Part shown: piece after piece, positions 1 through 9,833 of the stretch
Numbering within the stretch: the first letter of the stretch is position 1
Layout of the letters: each line of letters opens with the position of its first letter
Assembly (NCBI GenBank): GCA_964199315.1
Contig: OZ116709.1
Location: 7,750,001 to 7,814,000, forward strand
Direction: 5' to 3'
From: Orbicella franksi
Lineage: Eukaryota
DNA: 64,000 nt
Notes under the pieces: model-generated
Told to the model about the DNA's origin: nothing
What the model saw: the letters and a program-made list of their open reading frames with translations, nothing else
Database searches by the model: none
Made by a program: the position numbers and the translations under genes

Positions 1-114
1 TCAACATGCCGCGCTAAGTAGGCGCTATAAAGCCAATATTTCCTCGGCATACTCCGCCAAAGACATATACATGCTTTTGCCACGCAAAACTGAACATAGA
101 GAAGAGGAAATTAA

Positions 115-1450
115 GGACGATGCCTACTTTTGTTAGTACGCACACGTTCTGCGCATCACGCAAGGCATGGTTTAAGCGCCACGCGCGCGCTGGGTTGACA
201 TGACGCAATAGGCCCTTTGCAGCTGAGCCACCATGTGACCTACTTTTCATAAAATTATGGGTTACAACTTAACAAATGCTAGAAATGGAAAAAGCATGTC
301 GAAAATATCAAAATGGCCAAGTTTGAGGCCCCCATCATTAAGGAATGAGATTTTATGACAGTCTGAATTTTTAAAAGAATAAGAAGATTTGTATGGAAAA
401 AGTTGTTGGAGAGCAAGGTCTTGCTCTCCAGCAACATTTTCCATACAAATCCTCTAAATTTTCCGAAAATTCAAGCTGTCGTATTAACTTACTCTTTAAT
501 GCCAGGGGCCTCAAACTTGGCCACTTTGGTATTTTCGATGCGCTCTTTCCATTTCTGGCATTCTTTAAGTTATAGCCCATAATACAAAAATGTTTTAGGA
601 AAAATTTGGTCACGTGACCCCAGCTGCAAAGGGCTTATCAACTACGCTACCAAGTACACGACTAAAGACGACTAAATTGAACGCAAAATTTTCCTACTGT
701 GACCAAATCAAGTTTAATGAACCTGTACTTAAACCAGGAACACCAGAACAGCAGCATATCGCTAACCACGGAGTGTTAACGTCTTCCAGCTGAAAAGCTA
801 GCTGTTATCTGTCGAAAATTATACTGAAATCTAACTGTAAACATGTACCTGCAGATGGCGTAGTGCGCGCGCAAAACAAGTGCGAGATACGCAAATGTTT
901 TACTTACTGGGGAGGTGACAGGAAAAAATGTAACGGGCACCGTAAAAAGTTTCAAAAAGGATCAATAACTTTAAAAGACGCGTGGTTACCCCTATATTTT
1001 ATGTTACGAAATGGAAGTGGCAAGCCTATTCAGCACGTGATTAGTTTTTGGGTGTGAGCAAAAGATATTTAGACTGTATTTTAGTTGAAACAGAGGAAGG
1101 CTGTCAGAGAAGCTAAAAGTACTGTTGCAACGATTTTGTTATTAAAAACATACCAAAAATGGTTTTTATGTTACCATTAACCATGTAGTTTTCAGATCTT
1201 TATAAATGTGTTTGCTTTTCTGTATGTAAAGGCGAATTCTAAAGAAAGCTGTGAAGAAATATCCTCTCCTTCTATTTTCAGAAAAATGCTGATGTCAGCA
1301 TTTTTGTTGAGATTCATGGCTAATTATCTCGAAAAAATGCGTGGCTACCCCCTTTTTTCTTTGTGGATTCCAATAGCCCTTGCAAAGATCTACTTTTTCC
1401 GCGTGGTCCTACCCTGGCGCAAAAACCTTTGTATTTAGTAGGCACCGTCC
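115..1450. mobile_element. Non-autonomous DNA transposon, Kolobok-like (TTAA TSD, TIR starting GG)
   Basis: TIRs GGACGATGCCTACT / AGTAGGCACCGTCC flanked by TTAA at 111-114 and 1451-1454. The paralogous site near 18445 (ggataTTAAaagcaagctaatac) is empty. Confidence 0.75.
209..637. mobile_element. Fold-back MITE nested in the Kolobok-like element
   Basis: TIRs taggccctttgcagctg / cagctgcaaagggctta. The body is an imperfect palindrome centred near 420. Confidence 0.75.
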
Positions 1451-4400
1451 TTAAACACAAGCTAATACTCGACCATCATGCGTGCGTATCAAACGTACAG
1501 CAGAATTCCCTCAGGAAATTACTCGTAGAAGTATCCAGCTGCTGAAATGAGCTATGCTGCTATAATAGTAATCTTTCAGTCAGTACATAAATAACGCTTC
1601 AATTGGCTGAAACACCTGCAAATAGCATATGTATTTGCCAGTCAAATAAGTGGACTCTTGTTACATTTCACGGTAGCATGGTTAGTATAGTGCTATGCAT
1701 CATGCGGGATGAAAACCAATAAAAGAATGCAGTGGAGGATCTGGGGGGGGCGCCCCCCCCCCCCCTTAGTTTGGGTAAAAAAAAAACTGAAGAAGAAATC
1801 ACAGAAGGAAGTATAGCCGGCAGGGCAAGCAAAACAAAACCGCCGCCCCCTTAGCTCAAGGTCTGGATCCGCCACTGGAGTGATTTGTGTGAACTTACCC
1901 AAAGGATTGTTAAAAACACTATCAGAATTGCCTTCACCTTCTCAGTGCCTTATAATCCCCGTTCTCTGGCCTTGTTTTTCCTATACGTCCTATACGATTG
2001 TCGAGCTTCTTTATAACCATAATTTGGACAGTTAACGAGGCGTCAGTTTACGGATTTCGAGAATCTTGGGCTCTCTCAGAAATGAATGCTTCGAGTGTCC
2101 TAAAATAACCCGTTAAGTCAAGACCTTTGTTTTCCTTTGGTCTCAGAATTCAGAAATAAGGGCACGCTTTAAAGAATCCGTAGCTTTTCGTGGGAGAGAC
2201 TGAAGGAAGCGAAGGGTATTTCCGTCAAGTATTCCAAGCAGGGTGGCCTTCGATGTTGGATCCATAACGGGCTGTTAATCAACGGTAACTGTGTTCTTTG
2301 TTTATATTGTGTTTGTAGCTGGCGCAGTGAATGACTGTTTCATTACTTCTGTTGACTTTTGAATTCGAATTTAACTGTTTTTTACATAGAAAGTGCCAGA
2401 CCCAATACTCCCAATCTGAAATGATAAGTGTTTTGCGGATTCCGACATGTTTTGCGGATTCCGAAGTGACTTTGCCACCTTTATTACAGCGCTTACTCAA
2501 GGACTCTTATTTTCAATAAGATAACGGTAGTCACATTCGTAAGCGGGTACAGGGAATTCCCTGGAGGAAAACGTATGGCTACTAAGTTGTATCCTTGGGC
2601 TGGCTTTTTACGAAAGCCTTAGCCTTGAGCTGCACCCTTCCCTGTTCACGTTGTTTTGGTGTCCTTTATGGCCCTGGCCCTGAAAAATTCTCTTCAGGAG
2701 TGGTCGAGTAAGATGTTTACCTTTTTGTATTAACCAGAACAGGTAGAGAAGAATTCTGCTGTTTTTTTTAAACAAGAAAAGCTGATAGGTTTTTACTTTT
2801 CAAAGTATTTTCATTGATATGATTGCGCCGAAATGACCACGCGTGCTACATAAATTAGCATACTTTTCCTCTAGAGACCCTCGTAATACCCATGGGTATT
2901 GAGCAGAGTATTTATACGCCCTCCACACTTGAGATCGTTCTGTTACTGCACTCTAAGTACATCCAAAGGCTGATCACGGGAAAATAATGCCCTATCGCTT
3001 AGCTGGGCTTAGCCAATCGGAATAAGAAGGGATAATCAACTTTTTGTTCACTCATAATTATCTGTATCTAGAATATGGTCCAGCTTTGAATCACTCCCTA
3101 CCTAGAAAAAGCTCAAGGCACTTAAGAGCTGCAGCTGAAAGGAAAGCATGGAAGCCCATTTCTCCAATATGACAAATGGGTGATGATGCTGATGATGATT
3201 ATCATGAATTTGCTCATTTTGAATAATACTTTTTTCGTCACATGCAAGCAAATGAACAAAAAAAGAATCTTTTGTTGAAAAATTAAAAAAAAAAAAAAGA
3301 AAAAATAGACAATGATACAAACCGCAACCCTGCATCTCAACTGGTTATTGTACCATGTTAGATGGGTTAAAAATACAATAATGACCCTAGAACAACACCC
3401 CCAGAGGAAGCAAAGTCAACTAAAATCATGGGTAGGGGTGGGGGTGGGGATCCAAACCATGAAACTTTCCTAGGGAGGAGTGCAGATATTTTCTGCAACA
3501 ACAATGCAATATGGTTGCCATATGCATCTGAAAATGTTGTGCTAAGTGAGTGGTTTCAGAGTCCCAATAGCTCACCCCAAGCCAAAACTTCACAGAGGTA
3601 TTACACCACCTCCACACACCATTCTGGTTTCAAGCATAGATTCAGGTGGATGATGCTACATTTTAACTGTCGCAACATACAATGGGTTCTCAAATCACTG
3701 TTTCAATGTAAAACATCCATCTCAGAATCTGTATGAAAACGACATTTAAATAAAACCGTTGACGCCGGAAAAGGCATCAATATTTATCCCAAGTAATAGT
3801 GGATGGAAAAAAGCAACAGTAAACAGACGCTATTAAACTTCAAATGTACATGTATTCAGGAGCTGTGGCCTGTGCGATTTTTAACCAATTAATTATTTAA
3901 TCAATTAGTATTTAACCGCACGGTCATAGGCCGAGCGCGGGTTTGTTTTTGATCAGACCCAAACTTCCACTCGGCCAAATCATGAGCGGGACTTCGAATA
4001 TCGCAACTGATGATGTTTATTCGCCCAAAGCTGTCACTACAGTAAAACGTTAATGTACTGAAAATTTTATGAATATTGTACTCTTTGTTTAGTACAAAAT
4101 ATATTGGCTTTTTGTGTTATTGAAGCGCTTGTTTCGAGGCGAGTATTTAATACCTAAACAGCAATTACGTCATTCATGGCAAGTGTCGACGTTGCAACTT
4201 TCTCTTGGGCTGCGTGTTGAATAAGATCGTGCTTGCTTTGAACTTTTATTTCGCCAGGAGCAACATTCTTTTTAATTTTCCAAGTAATTTCCGTATTTCT
4301 AGACAAAAGAAGTGAATTGTCGTGCTGTTTTATTGAAGGGAGTTCGCAGATCGGAAGGAAAATTAAATATTTGCAAGCCAAGCCAAGCAAGAACGTGTCA

Positions 4401-5175
4401 GAACGTGCAAGGATTACATCATTGGCAGGGAAATAACCACCGTACTAAAGATAGCCGTGGATAACGTTATTCTTGAATTATGTGACTCGTGTGAATCTTT
4501 GGAATGTGCGCTGCGTTGCGACTGTAGCGCTAAGAAAACAGTTAAATTTTAAAAGCGCAGTTATAAGATCTAAAAGATCTTCTTGTTTCATTCTAAAAGA
4601 AGACAGGGAGATTTTGTTGTCAATTTGGCATGGGGTCCACATTAAATTGCAAACGTATGCATGAACATAGAAGAAAATTGGAAAATTAAACGAGACTTAC
4701 CTGGAAGTTGTAGTTTGATTGAAATTCTACCGTGGCATTTGCAGGAATGAGGAGGTCACGTGAGATAGCAAGCATGTGATATCCGAGCTCAGTCTTGAAA
4801 GCAGTTTGGTGTGGCTTTGATGGTACAGGAAAAGAGGTCACTATGAAGAGCGTAAGGGCCCATGGGACGGGTGGGATGTGACCTCCTCATTCCTGCAAAT
4901 GCCACGGTAGAATTTCAATCAAACTTCAACTTCCAGGTAAGTCTCGTTTAATTTTCCAATTCTACCTCGCATTTGCATACAATCGGAGGTCACGTGAGAT
5001 TTCAAAGCTCAAAGCCACAGCAAATAACAGGCATAATAACTGTAACACCATGGCATGTACTTTAATGATACTCCTTACATGACATGTACCATTACCAAAT
5101 GCTAATGTAAACACAATGAAACAGAATATGATATGGTACCACTGCTAAAGCATGCAAAGCTGCAAACACAGAAAA

Positions 5176-8040
5176 TTACTGGCTACTGCTAGTAAGGATA
5201 GCCTCTGCGAAATTACTTTCATTTATGATAGGGCGATCATAAAACTTTGCAAAGGTTGAATCTGAGCGCCACCCAGCAGTGTGCATAATCTCATGAATAG
5301 GTACATTAGCAGCTTTAGCAGCTGACGTTGCTACACCCCTAGTGCTATGGGGTTTGAAAACTGAAGTATTGATTCCTGCATCCTTCATAGTTTGTCTAAC
5401 CCATCTAGATATTGTGTCCTTAGAGGCAGGTCCATGAGGTGCTACATAGCAAATCAGCAGCTGCTTTGTGCTTTTTCTAAGAGAGGCTGTCCTTTCAATA
5501 TAGACTGTCAAAAGTTCAACAACACAAAGTCTTTTATCCACATTATAACTGGTAAAGGTGATAGGGGATAAGTGTCTGTTCTGGCCACCTTTTGCACTGG
5601 TTTGCTTCAAGAGAGAGGAGATATGGAATATATACTTTCCAGGCGATGCACGCATTTCCTCCAGAGATAACTTTTGAAGAGTCTGGGTTCTCTGTACTGA
5701 GAGGAGTGCCATAAGCATGACTAGTTTCTGAGTGAGTTGCTTAAGTGACAAGTTTCCCGTGGTTGGATAAGTTTTTAAATGGTTGAGCACAATCTGTGGA
5801 TTCCAAGTCTCAGTATAGCGAGGCAGGGCTGGTTTTTGATTGAATAAACCAGACATAAACCGTGACACTAGTGGGTGATCACCCACTTTTACGCCATCTA
5901 TTTTGATGAAGGTTGACAAGGCACTCCGAGCAGTTGCTACCGGACTATATCCAACTGTTTTTGACTGGAATGACAGGAACTCCAAAACCTGTTGCAGGGT
6001 TGGGTTCATTGGACTGATAGAATTGTCACTACTAAACTTAACCCAGGCTGAAACATATGTATGATATTGCTTACGGGTCCCTGATTGCCATGATTCCAAG
6101 ATGGTGTTCAAAGGCTCCCCTGTTACGCCTTGATTAATTAATGATGACTGGACACAAGACATCCATGAAGCTGAAGTTTGGGGAACAGAGGGTGAACTTC
6201 TTCTGGTTGATGGGGCAATGTTAAGAGTCTTCTTGTGCATCTTGATTTTTACCGGTGGAGATTTCATTAACTGAAGCAGGAGTGGATACCAGAACTGTGT
6301 TGGCCAATGTGGGTAAACTAGGATGGCTGTTGTTTTGCTCTCTTGTATGAACTGAAGGACTTTGCCGATGAGACTAAACGGAGGGAAACAATAGATAAGG
6401 TTACAGTGGGACCAATCTATAGTAAAGGCATCAATAGCTACTGCCCCTGGATCTGGTCTCCAGGCTATATAGTGGGTTGTCTTGTGGTTTAGCCTTGACG
6501 CAAACATATCAATATCAGGCTCACCCAGCTTTGATTTTAATTCATTAAATGCAGTTTGGTCTAGCGACCATTCAGTATTACTACTGTGGAATTCACGGCT
6601 AGCCTTATCTGCTTCTGTGTTTAGTTTCCCTGGTAAGTGGGAAATTGATAGTGTTAGCTCTCGATCTATGCACCACATAAAGATTTCCCTGGTGATGTCA
6701 TTGCAACTGCAAGATTTTGTACCGCCCATATTACGAATGTATGAAACAGCAGTAGTATTGTCACAAAGGATTTTTATGTGGCGATTCCGCATATGGTTGC
6801 AGAGGGCCTGCAAGGCGAGATGAATGGCCTTCAATTCCAAAAAGTTAATATGTAGTTGGGATTCTTGGTGTGACCATCTGCCACCCGCTACAGATGATGT
6901 GCCCTCAATCACCCCTCCCCAGCCCTTAAGAGAGCTGTCAGTCAGGAGAGTTAAGTCTGAAGGTTTAGACGTGATGGCTTGGGGGAGTTGATCAACATTG
7001 GTGATCCACCATGAAAGGTCCTGTTTTGCTAGAGGGGAGAGTGTCATTTTCCCCTCCAAGTCCCATCCATTGTTTTTTAGAGCATATGTCTTGTCATTTT
7101 CTAGAGACCTATAGAACAGAGGTGCATACTGAACTCCTTCAAAGGCTGAGACCATGAGGCCCACTACAGAGGCCACATCTCGAATTGGAATGGGTCCTTC
7201 CAGATGTGCTAGATTGTGACACTTGGATTTGACAATGGCTGCTTTTTGAGGGATCATAGAAATGATCATGTCCTTAGAGTTCAGTAAGAATCCCAGGACT
7301 TTGGCAATCTGGGTTGTGACACACTTTGATTCGTGAATTGATTCGTGAATTGTAAATCCCAGTGATCTAAGCAAAGCAACAACTTGCTCTAATTCATGAG
7401 GTGTTTTTGCTAGCAAAAGGATGTCATCTATGTAGCCTACTATCAGATATCCTTTTGACCTCAATGTTGCATATACTGGCTTCATGAGCTTTGTAAATAC
7501 TCTAGGGACCGATGCAAGGCCATTAGGTAAGCAGGTGAACTCATAAAGAGATCCTTTAAACTCAAATCTGAGAAATTTCCTGTGCTGGGGGTTTATGGGC
7601 ACAGAATAATAAGCATCCTTGAGATCTAAAACTACCATCCAATAGTCTTTTTTAAGTAATTGTACTGCTGACTGGAGAGATTCCATTTTAAAATGGTGAT
7701 ATGTGACATACTCATTCAATCTTTTAAGATTTAGGATAAGTCGATGACACCCATCTTTCTTGGGCCGAGTAAAAACTGTGGATATGAATTCAGTGTCACA
7801 ATGTGTAGTTTTGTTAATTACTCCCTTCTCTAGGAGTTTATTTATCTCTCCAGCAATGATGAGATCATCGCTGTTAGAAAAAGTAATATGTGGCACAGCT
7901 GACTGACATGGTGTGCTTTCAAATTCAATGAAATAGCCTGACACAATCTCAAGGATGCTTAGGTCTGTGGTAGTAGACCTCCAGTTAGAGATGTGTTTAG
8001 CTATATTACCAGCAACAAAATTTGAAACAGCATTTACCAT
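5176..8040 (-). CDS. DIRS pol (RT YIDD, RNase H, DNA adenine methyltransferase-like) in frame with tyrosine recombinase, 954 aa
   Basis: LDLKDAY, LPNGLAS, GYIDD; LLTDSSLKGWGG and HINFLELKAI; PDIDMFASRLN and YCFPPF; YR motifs QRTQTL, KPHSTRG, AGW, TFAKFY. In-frame 12-bp duplication at 7328-7351 (IHES twice). Confidence 0.92.
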   Translation of the reverse strand: MVNAVSNFVAGNIAKHISNWRSTTTDLSILEIVSGYFIEFESTPCQSAVPHITFSNSDDLIIAGEINKLLEKGVINKTTHCDTEFISTVFTRPKKDGCHRLILNLKRLNEYVTYHHFKMESLQSAVQLLKKDYWMVVLDLKDAYYSVPINPQHRKFLRFEFKGSLYEFTCLPNGLASVPRVFTKLMKPVYATLRSKGYLIVGYIDDILLLAKTPHELEQVVALLRSLGFTIHESIHESKCVTTQIAKVLGFLLNSKDMIISMIPQKAAIVKSKCHNLAHLEGPIPIRDVASVVGLMVSAFEGVQYAPLFYRSLENDKTYALKNNGWDLEGKMTLSPLAKQDLSWWITNVDQLPQAITSKPSDLTLLTDSSLKGWGGVIEGTSSVAGGRWSHQESQLHINFLELKAIHLALQALCNHMRNRHIKILCDNTTAVSYIRNMGGTKSCSCNDITREIFMWCIDRELTLSISHLPGKLNTEADKASREFHSSNTEWSLDQTAFNELKSKLGEPDIDMFASRLNHKTTHYIAWRPDPGAVAIDAFTIDWSHCNLIYCFPPFSLIGKVLQFIQESKTTAILVYPHWPTQFWYPLLLQLMKSPPVKIKMHKKTLNIAPSTRRSSPSVPQTSASWMSCVQSSLINQGVTGEPLNTILESWQSGTRKQYHTYVSAWVKFSSDNSISPMNPTLQQVLEFLSFQSKTVGYSPVATARSALSTFIKIDGVKVGDHPLVSRFMSGLFNQKPALPRYTETWNPQIVLNHLKTYPTTGNLSLKQLTQKLVMLMALLSVQRTQTLQKLSLEEMRASPGKYIFHISSLLKQTSAKGGQNRHLSPITFTSYNVDKRLCVVELLTVYIERTASLRKSTKQLLICYVAPHGPASKDTISRWVRQTMKDAGINTSVFKPHSTRGVATSAAKAANVPIHEIMHTAGWRSDSTFAKFYDRPIINESNFAEAILTSSSQ

Positions 8041-8054
8041 GTTAGCTTTGTGGG

Positions 8055-9210
8055 CTACTGAGATGACCTCTTGTTGTTTGTGTTGGACTTCTGGGAATCC
8101 TTGTGTCGCCAGGGTTTGAAGGTCTGGCCCTTCAAGTTTTTTGACTGATTTCTGTGAGGAAAAGATCCCTTGGAGTTGTTGTTGTTGACATAGCGCGTTT
8201 GGGATCTGTGGGGTCCTCTATGACCTTGCACTTTGGCTCCGATTTTATTCACATCTCCTATGTCTTTCAACTGTTTTTGAAGGTCATCTCCAAACAACAA
8301 GTCAGTGAACGGCACATGAGGAGAACAGAGAGAGACATAATCTCTGCCAATATCAGGTTTCATGAGTTGCTTTCGCTGCATGTTAGGTTCATAGTTAACA
8401 CGCGTCAGCAACGATAGAGCGTCGAGTCCAAACTGTTTTATCTGTTGAACCCCTTCCTGGTCTAGGCCTTTCTTCTCTGTCATGGACAGATCCGTCAAAC
8501 GAGCGACTGGGATTATGCCTTTAACGAGGGCTTGCTGGATTTTGAACAGCTGCAAATCCCTCTTCTGCGTGGGCTCACGGAGCTTACGCCAGATGCCTGG
8601 ATTTACCCTTGTGGGTTTAGCAGTATCGCAATTTTCCGGTCTAGCTTGGCACTCAAGCTTTTCTTTCAGCAACTTATCTGGCAAACGGTTGCGGAACATC
8701 TTGTTAAGCAGTTTGGCGAGCTGTGGACTGTGAATACTTTTGCCACTTCTCCAAGTCCGCTAAAATTTCGTCTTCCTCTGGCTCTTCCGCCTCAAGATCG
8801 CCATCTTCACCCTCTACTTTATCCATGAGAGTCTGAATGTCTTCTTCGTTCTCATGTTGGTCGCTCGAGGAGCTCGAGCTGTCTTTGGCGGGTTTCTTGG
8901 CGGGAAGACCGTGTTGATGTTCTCGGTCATCACTCAGCCGTTTACCTTTGCCTTTTCCTTTCCCTTTAGAAGGGAATTCCTCGAATTTATCGATTTTCTT
9001 TGACAAGGTCAGTATCGCTGACGAAAGGAGCTTTACGTCAGCGTGCGACATCGAAATGTTCGAATCGCTCACAGGGGCCTTGGCCGCCATGACACTTGGC
9101 GTGTCGAGATGTTTCTCTCCGGATACTCCGGCGTTGTTGTCCTCGTCTGGGTCATAAGCCAATAACTGGTCTTCGTTCGCCGATTCTGTGGATTCTTTTC
9201 CTCCAGACAT
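8055..9210 (-). pseudogene. DIRS gag-like ORF1, frameshifted near 8750
   Basis: Acidic N-terminal part (8704-9210). Another frame reads SGKSIHSPQLAKLLNKMFRNRLP into RPENC, NPGIW, LFGDDL (8055-8699), as typical of DIRS gag. Confidence 0.8.
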
Positions 9211-9384
9211 GTTAACCGCAAGACGTAGAAAGGTCTAAAACACTCGAAAATAAGACTGCGAGAATAAACTTTAGACTGCTTGCTCGGACAGCTAACTTGC
9301 ACTGAGCTCGGATATCACATGCTTGCTATCTCACGTGACCTCCGATTGTATGCAAATGCAAGGTAGAATAATGAGCAGGTAAGT

Positions 9385-9463
9385 CGGCAATGATTGGCTG
9401 GTAAAAAAGAAAGTTACGTAAAGCAAAAGTTGATTGGCTCAAAATGATTTAGGGAAAATCCCC
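9385..9463 (+). promoter_or_regulatory. OAS-A proximal promoter: two reverse CCAAT boxes and a kappaB site
   Basis: gattggctg and gattggctc. GGGAAAATCCCC at 9452-9463, whose minus strand GGGATTTTCC fits GGGRNWYYCC, about 70 bp upstream of the ATG. The position is conserved in paralog B. Confidence 0.5.
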
Positions 9464-9532
9464 AAAGTCTTCTCAAAATTGAGGAAGCACCAAAGCCGTT
9501 GGTTAGTCTTTCGTAACACAAGGATTTAAGCT

Positions 9533-9833
9533 ATGTCGGAGAGTCGTATTCGCTCTTCCATCGAAGCTGATGTACAGCGCGTTATGTTGGAGAGAGGCAC
9601 AGAGAAAGGAAGTCGGGGAAAACATGTGCAATGTTGTGTTAAAGGGTGTTCTACGAGGGTGCCCAAGTTACGTCAACATATCAGAAAGTCCCATAGGGAG
9701 CTCTGTCCTGTGTCATGTTCTACTTGCCCGGCAAAGTTCGTGGGACAGAATGATTTGAATATCCATCAAAGAAACGGATGTCCCCGCCGAAAGCATCTAA
9801 GTTATCGAGTGACCACCCCGGGAAGCTTGATAG
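9533..9833 (+). CDS. OAS-A exon 1: tandem zinc fingers (C-x4-C-x9-H-x4-H and C-x2-C-x12-H-x4-C)
   Basis: CCVKGCSTRVPKLRQHIRKSH and CSTCPAKFVGQNDLNIHQRNGC. Ends ATA G|gtaagc (phase 1). Confidence 0.75.

Larger units (their letters stand above)
1..2810. repeat. Third, partial copy of the OAS/CABIN1 duplication unit (post-OAS spacer plus presumed CABIN1 3' UTR region)
   Basis: 1-100 matches 18340-18435; 1455-1510 matches about 18450 and 38385; 1525-2810 matches about 18960-19930 and 38880-39850. Homology stops before the CABIN1 stop codon. Confidence 0.85.
4677..9369 (-). mobile_element. DIRS1-type tyrosine-recombinase retrotransposon, near full length, defective
   Basis: gag, RT, RNase H, methyltransferase and YR domains. 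42-bp inverted terminal repeats (4752-4793 vs 9301-9342). Internal complementary region 4878-5000 is complementary to both termini (4677-4759 and 9329-9368). No TSD. Confidence 0.95.

Noticed and set aside
6250-6530. Horizontally acquired DNA adenine methyltransferase
   Set aside because: A methyltransferase-like domain after RNase H is a known component of DIRS1-group pol.
6482-8828. Plus-strand ORFs within the DIRS element
   Set aside because: Antisense to pol/gag with no independent motifs.
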